Below, one piece after another: positions 1 to 9,134 of a stretch of 17,365 nucleotides of DNA. A model generated the notes under the pieces. That model had not been told where the DNA came from, ran no database searches, and worked only from the letters and a program-made list of their open reading frames with translations. Source of the stretch: Promethearchaeota archaeon. GTDB lineage: Archaea; Asgardarchaeota; Lokiarchaeia; Sigyniarchaeales; SOKP01. The stretch is from the NCBI GenBank assembly GCA_016930515.1, contig JAFGGO010000102.1, positions 1 to 17,365 on the forward strand. Reading direction: 5' to 3'. A program made the position numbers and the translations under genes. Within the stretch, counting starts at the first letter, position 1, and the number at the start of each line of letters is the position of its first letter.

Positions 1-80
1 AGATCGATTTAAATTATCGTAAGTATTAATAATCATTCTTTTTTTTATATTATTAACAAATTATAATAAAGAGTATATGA

Positions 81-1370
81 ATGACAACAGAAGAAAAACC
101 AAATTGGTATCCAATGTGGAAAAATTTAAAACTAGATATCCAAAAGCACGATCAGCTATTAGGAGTTCTCCCTGAGATCTATGAGGAGATATACATCGTT
201 TCGCAAAAAAATCGCCCTCAAGGCATGAATTTTTTTGAATTTGTCGTTGGAGATATTCACGGAATTAGGATAAGTGAATTAGTAAAAGCGCAGCAAGAAG
301 GGAAGAAAGTGGTAGCAACTTTCTGTCTCTATATCCCTGACGAGATAATTACTGCTTTGGACGCTATTGGAGTAGGATTATGTGGTGGCACAAACTTCTC
401 TAACTTTGCCTCTGAAGGTTTACTTCCAGCAAACACTTGCGCATTGATCAAGTCTTCGTTAGGATTTGGATTGGGTAATATTTGTCCATATTATCAATTA
501 GCAGATCTGATCGTGGGAGAGACTACATGTGATGGAAAGAAGAAATGCTGGGAAATATTAGCAAAAAGCAAGCCTGTTTATGTCGTTGAAACTCCTCAGT
601 GCAAAGATAGGCTTCAAGCTAGAGAGCATTACCTTGCAGAATTAAGGGCCTTAATCACTAGACTCGAGGAACTAACTAAAAAGAGGCTCACAGCAGAAAA
701 TTTAAAAGCGGCAATGGAAAAGATGAAGAAGAAGAGACATCAACTCAAGAGAGTCTATAACACTCGAAAAAGCGATCCAGTTCCGATTTCAGGCAAAGAT
801 TCGTTATTAGTATCACAAATTGCATTCTACGACGACCCAGATAGGCAAATCCAAATGGTCGGACAACTAGCAGATGAATTAGAAAAGCGCGTTAAGGAAG
901 GTGTTGGTGCACTCAATAAAGGAGCAAAAAGGATCCTCATCAGCGGTACACCCATGGCAATTCCAAATTGGAAGCTCCACCACCTCGTAGAAACGAAGGG
1001 AGCCGCCATTGTTGCTGAAGAAACTTGCACTGGCACGCGTTATTTCGAATCCGATTATAACATCAAAGGTAATACCGTGGAGGAACTCTTAGAAGTACTC
1101 GCTGATAGGTACATGAGCATTAATTGTGCTTGTTATACACCCAATTCAGGTAGAAAAGACGATATCAAACGCCAAGTTAAAGAATATAAAGCTGATGGCG
1201 TTATTTTATACACGCTCTCTTTCTGTCAGCCCTACGACATCGAATCTATAGGTTTAGAAAAGGATCTCAAGGAACAAGGAATACCAGTTCTATCAATAAA
1301 TACTGATTATACTTCGGACGATGAAGGACAATTAAATACTCGGATTGAAGCATTTCTCGAAATGTTATAA
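81..1370 (+). CDS. Double-cubane-cluster protein (DCCP)-like anaerobic reductase, 2-hydroxyacyl-CoA dehydratase (HgdA/B, FldB/C) family
   Basis: 429 aa. Family motifs TFCLYIPDEI, GLCGG, NTCALIKS, CPY, GETTCDGKKK, EETCTG, INCAC, GVILYTLSFCQPY, GQLNTRIEAFLEML. The N-terminus WxxLxxDxxxHD...SQKNRPxGM...IHGxR resembles the DCCP subfamily as I recall it. Confidence 0.85.
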   Translation: MTTEEKPNWYPMWKNLKLDIQKHDQLLGVLPEIYEEIYIVSQKNRPQGMNFFEFVVGDIHGIRISELVKAQQEGKKVVATFCLYIPDEIITALDAIGVGLCGGTNFSNFASEGLLPANTCALIKSSLGFGLGNICPYYQLADLIVGETTCDGKKKCWEILAKSKPVYVVETPQCKDRLQAREHYLAELRALITRLEELTKKRLTAENLKAAMEKMKKKRHQLKRVYNTRKSDPVPISGKDSLLVSQIAFYDDPDRQIQMVGQLADELEKRVKEGVGALNKGAKRILISGTPMAIPNWKLHHLVETKGAAIVAEETCTGTRYFESDYNIKGNTVEELLEVLADRYMSINCACYTPNSGRKDDIKRQVKEYKADGVILYTLSFCQPYDIESIGLEKDLKEQGIPVLSINTDYTSDDEGQLNTRIEAFLEML

Positions 1371-1388
1371 TTCTTTCTTTCTTTTTTT
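1371..1388 (+). terminator. Oligo-T archaeal-type terminator candidate
   Basis: TTCTTTCTTTCTTTTTTT immediately after the stop codon of the first CDS. Confidence 0.5.
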
Positions 1389-1472
1389 AATCTCAAAAAA
1401 TTTCAGATTGTAATTAAATAAAAAAAAATAATAATGATGAAAGCAATTTTCCAGCTTGCACGAGATGCGGGT

Positions 1473-1646
1473 CTAATCGTCATCCTTGGCTTCTTTCATG
1501 CCTTTCTTAACTCCCTTTTTGATGCTACCTGACTTTATTGCCTTCTTCACGCCTTTTCCAGCGGCTTCGCTTCCAGTAACGCCTTCAACAATTCCACCAG
1601 CGGCTTTTGCAATTCCTTTTTTCAACTTTTTTCCTAATCCACCCAT
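1473..1646 (-). CDS. Small Lys/Gly-rich cationic amphipathic protein (57 aa), unknown function
   Basis: More GC-rich than the AT-rich flanks, with non-random composition (15 K, 13 G, KKG[IVM] periodicity). ATG at 1646, alternative GTG at 1655. TATAAATA-like box on the minus strand at ~1678-1685. Confidence 0.7.
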   Translation of the reverse strand: MGGLGKKLKKGIAKAAGGIVEGVTGSEAAGKGVKKAIKSGSIKKGVKKGMKEAKDDD

Positions 1647-1829
1647 TACATTCACGTGATTTTTTATTGCTTGAATTTATTTATATTAAATTAATAATTT
1701 AATCGTGAAATATCGTTATAAATCTTTTGGACAAACCGTGATAAGGTTATTTTTCGATTAAAAAGCGCGATTACTAGCTATAATTATATAAGGACAAATA
1801 AAAGAAAAAAGAAAATGAGAGATTAGCGT

Positions 1830-3020
1830 TTATCTCTTTAAATTGGCGCTTACCCAATCGTAATAACCTTTCTCGTTGAGTTCCTTTGGAACTTCCTTGA
1901 AGAATTGGGCAGTTATGTCCTTGACGTGTTTTGCCGCAACCGGGTGGAACATCATTGCGAGATCAAGTCCTACTAAAGTAAGTGTCAAAGCGTTGATGAT
2001 TTCCCACATTGGACCCCTGTATTCTCTCAAGCCCCATTCGGGAGCTGTTTTTTCGGACATCCAAGCCTCTCGAGCGCCCCAAGCGTTGGTCGTACCGCCA
2101 CTGATTGGATAGGCAAGGTCTTTTTCGCCAAGCAGTCCAGCCATTCGCATCCTTTGATAAATGCTAAAAGAATATTCCATACCGTAACCAAGCGTTGCAC
2201 ACGTTGGGTCCATGACAATCCTATTTCTGGGAAGTCCTAATTCCACGGCGTCCTTGTTCATCTTGATTTGGTTGTTCAAATCCAAAGAGGTCCAGAGCAA
2301 GCAGTTATGGTCGTACTTGACCGCTAATGGAATGACTTCTTCCCAAGTTGCCTTATCGGCTGCGGAAAGCATCAAGACCTCGCTTTCAGTCGCAGGAGCA
2401 GTTTTTTCGAATAGTTCAATGTCCTTTTTCTTGTTTCCAGAACATCCAATAATGACTGGCACGTCAACAGTTTGCAAGATGTCTTCCAAGAGCTTTACCG
2501 ATTTTGAAACGGGAGCGTCTCCCATGCCAGGATCGATGCTTAAGGAGTGAAATGTAATGAGATCGGCTCCGAACTTGTCAACTGCAAACTTAGCCCATTC
2601 GGGAGGGCTCTTCAACACGCTACCGTACTGTTCCTTGATTGGTTTAGGCGGGGAAAAATCAATGGTGTCGAAAACATCGTATGTGACCGCTGGAGGATTT
2701 GGATTTCGCTTGTCGAGACCTAGAAAATTGTAGAAGGGTGGAACTTTTTCTCCACCAATCGTGACGGTTTTTCCTTTCGATCGAATGAATTGGATCGTTT
2801 CGATCTCGCCAGGGAAATTAACATCAAACTTAAATTTTGCTGGAGTCCACTCGGCTTTTCCTACAGCAGGCAAGCCCATTGATTGAGCCGCCGCTGCTAC
2901 TATACCAGGCAGCATCTGAAATTCGAGATATTCTGCTAAAAGATCAACGTCTTTCAGCTCGATTTCTTCTGTATCTTTCATGAGCTGCGCAAATTTTTTA
3001 CTAAGTTCTTCAAATGGCAT
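1830..3020 (-). CDS. cdhD: Acetyl-CoA decarbonylase/synthase complex subunit delta (corrinoid Fe-S protein small subunit)
   Basis: Motifs TVTIGGEKVPPFY, NPNPP, PxEWAKFAVDKFGADLIT, DVPVIIGCSGNxxKD, RIVMDPTCATLGYGMEYS, NAWGAREAW, EYRGPMWE, MMFHP. Confidence 0.93.
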   Translation of the reverse strand: MPFEELSKKFAQLMKDTEEIELKDVDLLAEYLEFQMLPGIVAAAAQSMGLPAVGKAEWTPAKFKFDVNFPGEIETIQFIRSKGKTVTIGGEKVPPFYNFLGLDKRNPNPPAVTYDVFDTIDFSPPKPIKEQYGSVLKSPPEWAKFAVDKFGADLITFHSLSIDPGMGDAPVSKSVKLLEDILQTVDVPVIIGCSGNKKKDIELFEKTAPATESEVLMLSAADKATWEEVIPLAVKYDHNCLLWTSLDLNNQIKMNKDAVELGLPRNRIVMDPTCATLGYGMEYSFSIYQRMRMAGLLGEKDLAYPISGGTTNAWGAREAWMSEKTAPEWGLREYRGPMWEIINALTLTLVGLDLAMMFHPVAAKHVKDITAQFFKEVPKELNEKGYYDWVSANLKR

Positions 3021-3353
3021 GTTAATTTACTTTATTGTTTGTGTTTTACTTGAAGATAATAATACTTAAGAAAAAATTACTAAAAATAAAAACTTGATGA
3101 TTGAAACCCAAAGTGAGAGCTATTTAAATGACGTGCAAAAAGAGAAAAAAATGTGATCAAAATAATATAAAAGTGACAAAACTTTCGATCGTTATCGTCA
3201 TTTAAATAATCTACCATTCAAATTTCGTTATAATTCGCCGATTTTCGACTTTTTAAAAATCGAAAACGAGATCGCTTCAGTATTAATTTTTAAACGATGA
3301 TACTAATATTGAAATTAACAATTAATATTGATTTAACGGGGTAAAATATAAAA

Positions 3354-4556
3354 ATGAATAAAAAAATCATAGCATTACTTGCGATCGTGGGGATTTGTGC
3401 GGTGAGCATTCCTCTTTCTATTTGGATAATCAGCTTGTCTTCTTCTACCACAACAAATACTCCCGAAATACCTACCATAACGAGTTATTCTCCCCGATCT
3501 TTTCTCAGAGTAAATACATCAGCCACAGAAGAGTTTAGCATCACGACTTCCTTTCCATCGGGCACGCATTTGAGCTATACATGGACCGTTAACGGTACGA
3601 ACCAATCGCTCAACGCAAGCTCCTTTCTATTCGATGCTAACGGCAAGATAAGCGAGGAGGTCTATAAAATCAAGGTTAGCGTTACTGATGGCAATGTCAT
3701 CCTTCAGCATACTTGGACCGTGCTCGTTAGCGACCATAGCGGAGGATTGATAATAGACCACGAATGTGTGGACTGGACGAGCATACCGATAGAATACATA
3801 ACGCTTGCAAAGGAGCTGAATTTCCATTACGCCCATACTTCTCACGGTGGTCAAATAACATCGGGTCTTTACGACCTTCAATCCTTGAATCCAGTCTTCA
3901 ATTTTTCATCCGGAGACCAGACTCTTCCTGATGAAAACGACACTTTATGCATCTTTGACGGTCAGGAAACGGAGGATTACATCACGCCCGATCTTTATTG
4001 GGAGACTTTTCAAGGAATAAAATATACTCAAAATGTAATTAACAATAATCTCGCCTTAAACTTATCAATGTGGAGTTGGTGTACCCAAGTAAATTATTAC
4101 TCTGCAGACTCAATCGAAGAATACTTGGAAGTGATGAACGAATTCGAACAGAACTACTCGAGCAGGGGAGTCAGGTTCATATACATGACCGGAAACTGCG
4201 ATACAGGTGACTTTTCCGAGCACGGAACTCCTGCAGATAGTGGAAATCAGAATCCTGAAGGGGGTTACCAAAGATACCTCAACAACCAGCGGATCAGGGA
4301 ATATTGCTTGCTAAACGACAAGATCTTGTTCGATTTTGGTGATATCGAGTGCTGGCTCTACGATAACGACGGAGATTTTTACGATTACAGTAATTTCAAG
4401 TACGATACGGGTAGCGAAACGATTCTGGTACCAAAAAGACACTGGCAATATAGCAACCAAGACGAAGTGGCCCATACAACGGAAAAAAACTGCGAAAACA
4501 AGGCCAAGGCGTTTTGGTGGATGTTGGCAAAGATCGTTGAGTTGAATTTGGCATAA
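3354..4556 (+). CDS. Membrane-anchored hypothetical protein: N-terminal TM, Ig/PKD-like domain, conserved HTSHGxQ/MWSWC domain (paralog 1)
   Basis: MNKK + hydrophobic helix; Ser/Thr linker; Ig-like motifs YTWTVNG and YKIKVSVTDG; C-terminal domain shared with the next two ORFs (IIDH, HYAHTSHGGQI, MWSWC, FIYMTG, IRxYCxxNDKILFDFxDIE). Confidence 0.8.
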   Translation: MNKKIIALLAIVGICAVSIPLSIWIISLSSSTTTNTPEIPTITSYSPRSFLRVNTSATEEFSITTSFPSGTHLSYTWTVNGTNQSLNASSFLFDANGKISEEVYKIKVSVTDGNVILQHTWTVLVSDHSGGLIIDHECVDWTSIPIEYITLAKELNFHYAHTSHGGQITSGLYDLQSLNPVFNFSSGDQTLPDENDTLCIFDGQETEDYITPDLYWETFQGIKYTQNVINNNLALNLSMWSWCTQVNYYSADSIEEYLEVMNEFEQNYSSRGVRFIYMTGNCDTGDFSEHGTPADSGNQNPEGGYQRYLNNQRIREYCLLNDKILFDFGDIECWLYDNDGDFYDYSNFKYDTGSETILVPKRHWQYSNQDEVAHTTEKNCENKAKAFWWMLAKIVELNLA

Positions 4557-4694
4557 ACACATTTTCAAATTTTATTTATATTTTATATTTTTTTTAATAA
4601 TATAGCTTGAAGGTGGATTTTTGCATAGGATTTATAAAAAATCGTCCATAAATAAATATGACAAGTATTAAGTATAAGGGGTTTGATTTTAGAT

Positions 4695-5570
4695 ATGAAT
4701 AAAAAAGCTATTGTAATTGTAATTATTATCGGAATAGCCGCATCCTTAGGTGGTGTTTATGCTTGGATTTTGTTCTTCAACGCAAACAATAGTAATCAAG
4801 GATCTGGTGGGAACATTAAAATCGATCATAATAGCGCCCATTTAGAAGATTTAAAAGCAATTCCAGAATCCTGGATCATAGAAGCGAAATCGAACTTGCA
4901 CGTGGTTTATTGGCATACCTCACACGGTAGCCAAGTTGTAGATGGAATGTCACCATTGGACGACTTCATGAACGGGAGCGGATTGTACACTTATAACGAC
5001 GGAGGAACCGACGGTGCGCTCGACCTGGTCGATATCAACGGTGCTGATTTAAGCGCAAATCTATACAATTTTAATGAAATCACGCGTACTTTTTTAGATG
5101 ACACAAATAACAACAATATAAATGTTGTCATGTGGTCTTGGTGCGCTTTGCACACATCTCCTGAAGAAATAGGAACATATTTATCCAACATGAGCCAATT
5201 AGAATTGGAATATCCTGGCGTATCGTTCGTGTACATGACGGGGCATCTGGACGGAACTGGGGAAGACGGCCCCGTACATGTTGCCAACCAGATGATAAGG
5301 AATTACTGCTCGGTAAACAATAAGATCCTTTACGATTTTGCCGACATCGAATCTTACGATCCCGACGATAATTACTTCCTTGATCTGGGTGCTACCGATC
5401 ATTGTGATTATGTAGGCGGTAACTGGGCGTTGGAATGGCAAAACACTCACACGATGGGAGTTCATTGGTACAGTTGTAGCTGTATTCACAGTATAGCACT
5501 TAATGGAAATATGAAAGCATATGGCGCTTGGAATCTCTTTGCAAGGTTAGCTGGTTGGTCAGGACCTTGA
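4695..5570 (+). CDS. Membrane-anchored hypothetical protein, HTSHGxQ/MWSWC family (paralog 2)
   Basis: ATG at 4695 preferred over TTG at 4683 because it gives MNKK + TM like the paralogs. Motifs IDH, IPESWIxEAK, WHTSHGSQ, MWSWC, YMTGHLDG, NKILYDFADIESYDPD, CIHS, LAGW. Confidence 0.8.
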   Translation: MNKKAIVIVIIIGIAASLGGVYAWILFFNANNSNQGSGGNIKIDHNSAHLEDLKAIPESWIIEAKSNLHVVYWHTSHGSQVVDGMSPLDDFMNGSGLYTYNDGGTDGALDLVDINGADLSANLYNFNEITRTFLDDTNNNNINVVMWSWCALHTSPEEIGTYLSNMSQLELEYPGVSFVYMTGHLDGTGEDGPVHVANQMIRNYCSVNNKILYDFADIESYDPDDNYFLDLGATDHCDYVGGNWALEWQNTHTMGVHWYSCSCIHSIALNGNMKAYGAWNLFARLAGWSGP

Positions 5571-5758
5571 GTTAATCCTTAAATTCTTTTTATTTTTTAC
5601 TAGATTTAAATATTTAACATGAAATGTTTTTATAAAGTTCTAAATATTTTATTGAATCACTTCATCAATCTAGCCCCAAAAAAAAATCTATAGTTATAAA
5701 TACGATCCATTCTCATTCATATTCAAGGTTATATTTTTGAACGGGGTACGAAATAAAC

Positions 5759-6766
5759 ATGAGTAAAAAATTAACAGCTTTTGTAATTATCGGAATAATT
5801 GCAGCCATAAGCATAAGCGTGCCGGTTTACTTCACCTTTTTCTCTCCAATAGGAACGAACATAAACACAGGAACAAATCCTGATTCAAATCCTGATTCAG
5901 ATCCTAATCCAAATCCAAATCCCAATCCATTACCTGCAGATTTAATCTTTGATCACAAGGACTTGAATATCAACAACATTCCAGAATCGTGGATTGAAGC
6001 GGCAAAGGAAATAAAATTCCATTACGCCCATACCTCTCACGGAGGACAAATTATAAACGGGTTAAGTTATGTCCAATCTGATAATGCGTTATTTAATTAT
6101 TCAAGAGGGTTCAACAACCTTCCTCTTGAAGCAAACACGTTTTGCATGTACGACGGAAACGATTATTGGTCAGGTCCAGACACGGACACTTATATAGAAC
6201 CTCCCATGTATTGGCATAGTCCAGACGGTATAAAGCACACCTACGATGTGATCGACGATAATCCTTCCATCACGCTTTCGATGTGGTGCTGGTGCTGTCA
6301 AGTCAGTTATTATCCGCAGGCGCAAATTCTGGAATATCTCGATCAACTGAATGAATTCGAGCAAAACTATTCAAGCAGGGGAGTCAGGTTCATATACATG
6401 ACCGGAAACGCTGACGATGGAGATTATCCAGAAGGTACGCCTGCCGAAGGGACTAATCAAGATCCTGAAGCGGGTTATCAAAGATACGTTAACAACGAAC
6501 TGATTCGAAATTATTGCGAGGAGAACGATAAGATCTTGTTTGATTTCGCGGATATAGAATGTTGGTTATACCACGAAAATGGAACTGCCTATGATCATAG
6601 TACTTATGATTATGGAACGGGTGATGATACGGTAGTTGTCCCGAAACGCCATTGGCAGTATAGTAATTTAGATGAAACTGCTCACACGACGCAATTGAAC
6701 TGCAAAAATAAAGCTAAAGTCTTTTGGTCAATGTTAGCAACAATCGCTGGATGGGATGGTTCCTAA
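5759..6766 (+). CDS. Membrane-anchored hypothetical protein with Asn-Pro stalk, HTSHGxQ/MWCWC family (paralog 3)
   Basis: MSKK + TM; NPDS/NP repeat linker; motifs IPESWIEAAK, HYAHTSHGGQI, MWCWC, FIYMTG, DKILFDFADIE, DETAHTT, IAGW. Confidence 0.8.
   Translation: MSKKLTAFVIIGIIAAISISVPVYFTFFSPIGTNINTGTNPDSNPDSDPNPNPNPNPLPADLIFDHKDLNINNIPESWIEAAKEIKFHYAHTSHGGQIINGLSYVQSDNALFNYSRGFNNLPLEANTFCMYDGNDYWSGPDTDTYIEPPMYWHSPDGIKHTYDVIDDNPSITLSMWCWCCQVSYYPQAQILEYLDQLNEFEQNYSSRGVRFIYMTGNADDGDYPEGTPAEGTNQDPEAGYQRYVNNELIRNYCEENDKILFDFADIECWLYHENGTAYDHSTYDYGTGDDTVVVPKRHWQYSNLDETAHTTQLNCKNKAKVFWSMLATIAGWDGS
5876..5929 (+). repeat. Intragenic tandem repeat encoding NPDS-NPDS-DP-(NP)4
   Basis: AATCCTGATTCA twice, followed by GATCCT and four AATCCN hexamers. 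Confidence 0.85.
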
Positions 6767-7275
6767 ACTTTATTTCTATTATTTTTTCTTTTTTTTAATA
6801 AATATAAAACACCAATACTTCCAAAAGATGTCAGTATTAGTATTTCTATTGGAAATCCCGGAATTTGGGGGAGGTAATACCTCGTAAGTTCAAGGGTATC
6901 TCCGTCTCGGGTGCTTGTCAACCAAAATACATCCGGACCGTTTGAAACTAATTTCACTTGAACAAAGAACATTCTCGTGTAATTTGTCGTGTAAACTACC
7001 TGAAGTCTATCGAACGAATAGTCTCCGATTATCGCGCTCGAATTTTCGTTGATTTGTTCGCTTGTAGGAGCAGCAATTAACAAATACAATTTAAAATCCC
7101 CATTACCCGAGTGATTCAAGCTAATTTGAACCGTGCTGTTTGCTTCTAAAGAAAACACATAAAACGCCGAACTTCCCGTGTATAAATTCTCAGGTTGTGC
7201 GTCTGCCCGTGCGAGAGTAGCGGGAAGCAATAAAAAAGCGATGGTAACTAGCAAGAGGTATTTGTATTTTTTCAT
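6763..7275 (-). CDS. Secreted/surface protein with PPC-like beta domain and Loki-CTERM/PGF-type C-terminal sorting signal
   Basis: Signal peptide MKKYKYLLLVTIAFLLLPATLARA (ATG at 7275; the ORF track starts at 7287). PPC-like motif VQISL...GDFKLYL. C-terminus IPGFP + hydrophobic helix + KKRK basic tail. Confidence 0.75.
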   Translation of the reverse strand: MKKYKYLLLVTIAFLLLPATLARADAQPENLYTGSSAFYVFSLEANSTVQISLNHSGNGDFKLYLLIAAPTSEQINENSSAIIGDYSFDRLQVVYTTNYTRMFFVQVKLVSNGPDVFWLTSTRDGDTLELTRYYLPQIPGFPIEILILTSFGSIGVLYLLKKRKNNRNKV

Positions 7276-7329
7276 CGGTTCATGCAAGAACTAAACAATT
7301 TCTTGATCATAATATGAGCTTACTATTTT

Positions 7330-7836
7330 TTAACTTCTTGCAATAATTTTTTTTGCGTAATTCACAAGTCCTTCGGAGGCGATGATCTCTTGCAAAAACT
7401 TGGGCATTTTATTGATCGTGAACTGTTTATTTGAGGTTAAATTTGAAACGAGTCCTTTTTCAAAATCGATTTCAAGTTCGTCCCCCGTATTTACTTCTTG
7501 AATCTCCTTGAATTCCACGATCGGTAATCCAATGTTTATTGCGTTTCTAAAGAATATTCTCGCAAAGGAAGGCGCCAATACGCATTGTATTCCCGCGGTT
7601 TTTATCGCCAGAGGGGCTTGTTCCCTACTCGATCCACTTCCAAAATTAGAATCTGCTACAATTATGGAAATACCCTCGTTTTTGACTTTTGAATTAAAGT
7701 TTGGATCGAGGTCTTCCATGCAATGTTCTGCCAAAAATTTAGGGTCTGATTTTACCAAATAGCGTGCAGGAATGATCAAGTCCGTATTTATATTTTTTTC
7801 CTCGTATTTTATCACTTTTCCTTTCAAATTAATCAC
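7330..7836 (-). CDS. leuD: 3-isopropylmalate dehydratase small subunit (archaeal-type LeuD/HacB family)
   Basis: [41 protein letters not shown]. The YLV loop is LeuD-like rather than the HacB-like YLR. Confidence 0.9.
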   Translation of the reverse strand: MINLKGKVIKYEEKNINTDLIIPARYLVKSDPKFLAEHCMEDLDPNFNSKVKNEGISIIVADSNFGSGSSREQAPLAIKTAGIQCVLAPSFARIFFRNAINIGLPIVEFKEIQEVNTGDELEIDFEKGLVSNLTSNKQFTINKMPKFLQEIIASEGLVNYAKKIIARS

Positions 7837-7862
7837 TCTTGAAATAATATCGTCCGAAATAA

Positions 7863-9134
7863 TTATATATAATCGGGAGAGGTAATATATCCCTTGATCG
7901 CAGAGGCAGCAGCAATTGCAGGACCTGCCAAGTATACCTCGCTCTCTACATGACCCATTCTTCCAACGAAATTTCGATTAGTGGTTGAAACTGCTTTTTC
8001 TCCCGCAGCAAGAATCCCCATAAAACCACCTAAACAAGGACCACATGTAGGAGTTGAAACTATTGCCCCGGCGTCAATAAAAATTTCAAGCAAGCCTTCT
8101 TTCAAGGCATCCAGGTATATTTTTGGCGTTCCAGGTATTACGATGCACCGGACATTAGAATTTACTTTTTGATTTTTAAAAATTTTTGCGGCCACCCTCA
8201 AGTCTTCCAAGCGACCATTCGTACAAGACCCAATGACGGATTGATCGATTTCAACCTTCATTGCGTCAACTTCTGAAATTGGTTTGCTATTTTCGGGCAA
8301 ATGAGGAAGCGCAACTTGAGGCTCTAGATTCGAACATTCGAATTCAATGATATCTATATATTCTGCGTCCTTATCGCTAAAGTACGGTTTTTGGTGTGTA
8401 TATGCCCAATCCAGATATTCTGCCGTTTTTCCATCAGGAGCAATGATTCCGTTTTTCCCTCCAGCCTCGACTGCCATGTTGCACATCGTCAGCCGACCGG
8501 ACACGGATAAATTGTCGATTACCTCTCCCGTGAACTCCATTGCCTTATAGGTTGCGCCATCAACACCAATCTCACCAATTGTGTATAATATCAAGTCTTT
8601 ACCAGAGACATATTCTCCGAGTTTTCCAGTATATACGAATTTTATTGACTCCGGGATTTTAAACCAGCACTTTCCTAAAACCATTGCAACTCCCAAATCG
8701 GTCGAACCAACACCAGTAGAAAAAGCACCAAGGGCACCATAAGTACAAGTGTGAGAATCAGCCCCGATAAAAACATCTCCCGGAGACACCAAACCTTGTT
8801 CTGGAATGAGACAATGCTCGATTCCAACCCGACCTTGTTCGAAATAATGCTCGATCTGGTGCTCGTGAGCGAACTCCCTAAGCATCTTACACTGCTCTGC
8901 AGAAGCAACATCCTTGTTCGGAGCAAAATGATCGGGAGTCAGCACGATCTTTGACTTGTCAAAAACACCTTTTCCCGTTCCTTTAACTATCTCGTTAAAT
9001 ACCTTTATGGAAATTGGTGCTGTTATATCGTTTGCCAAGCATTTATCAATGCGCGCTAAGACGAAATCGCCTGCCGAAGGATTATTTTCCTCGCAATGAT
9101 CTCTCAATATCTTTTCCGTAATTGTAAAACCCAT
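7863..9134 (-). CDS. leuC: 3-isopropylmalate dehydratase large subunit (LeuC/HacA aconitase family)
   Basis: [69 protein letters not shown]. Confidence 0.92.
   Translation of the reverse strand: MGFTITEKILRDHCEENNPSAGDFVLARIDKCLANDITAPISIKVFNEIVKGTGKGVFDKSKIVLTPDHFAPNKDVASAEQCKMLREFAHEHQIEHYFEQGRVGIEHCLIPEQGLVSPGDVFIGADSHTCTYGALGAFSTGVGSTDLGVAMVLGKCWFKIPESIKFVYTGKLGEYVSGKDLILYTIGEIGVDGATYKAMEFTGEVIDNLSVSGRLTMCNMAVEAGGKNGIIAPDGKTAEYLDWAYTHQKPYFSDKDAEYIDIIEFECSNLEPQVALPHLPENSKPISEVDAMKVEIDQSVIGSCTNGRLEDLRVAAKIFKNQKVNSNVRCIVIPGTPKIYLDALKEGLLEIFIDAGAIVSTPTCGPCLGGFMGILAAGEKAVSTTNRNFVGRMGHVESEVYLAGPAIAAASAIKGYITSPDYI

Noticed and set aside
1685-1703. Perfect palindrome ATTAAATTA-A-TAATTTAAT upstream of the small ORF
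   Set aside because: A/T-only sequence in a very AT-rich spacer; plausible by chance.
4161-6409. Diversity-generating retroelement TR/VR pair or CRISPR repeats
   Set aside because: Only two copies, both in-frame within paralogous genes; mismatches are not adenine-specific; no reverse transcriptase or cas gene in the window.
7330-9134. Homoaconitase (aminoadipate lysine pathway), given the nearby lysine genes
   Set aside because: The small-subunit loop is YLV (LeuD-like) and the adjacent lysine genes are DAP-type. Broad specificity cannot be fully excluded.
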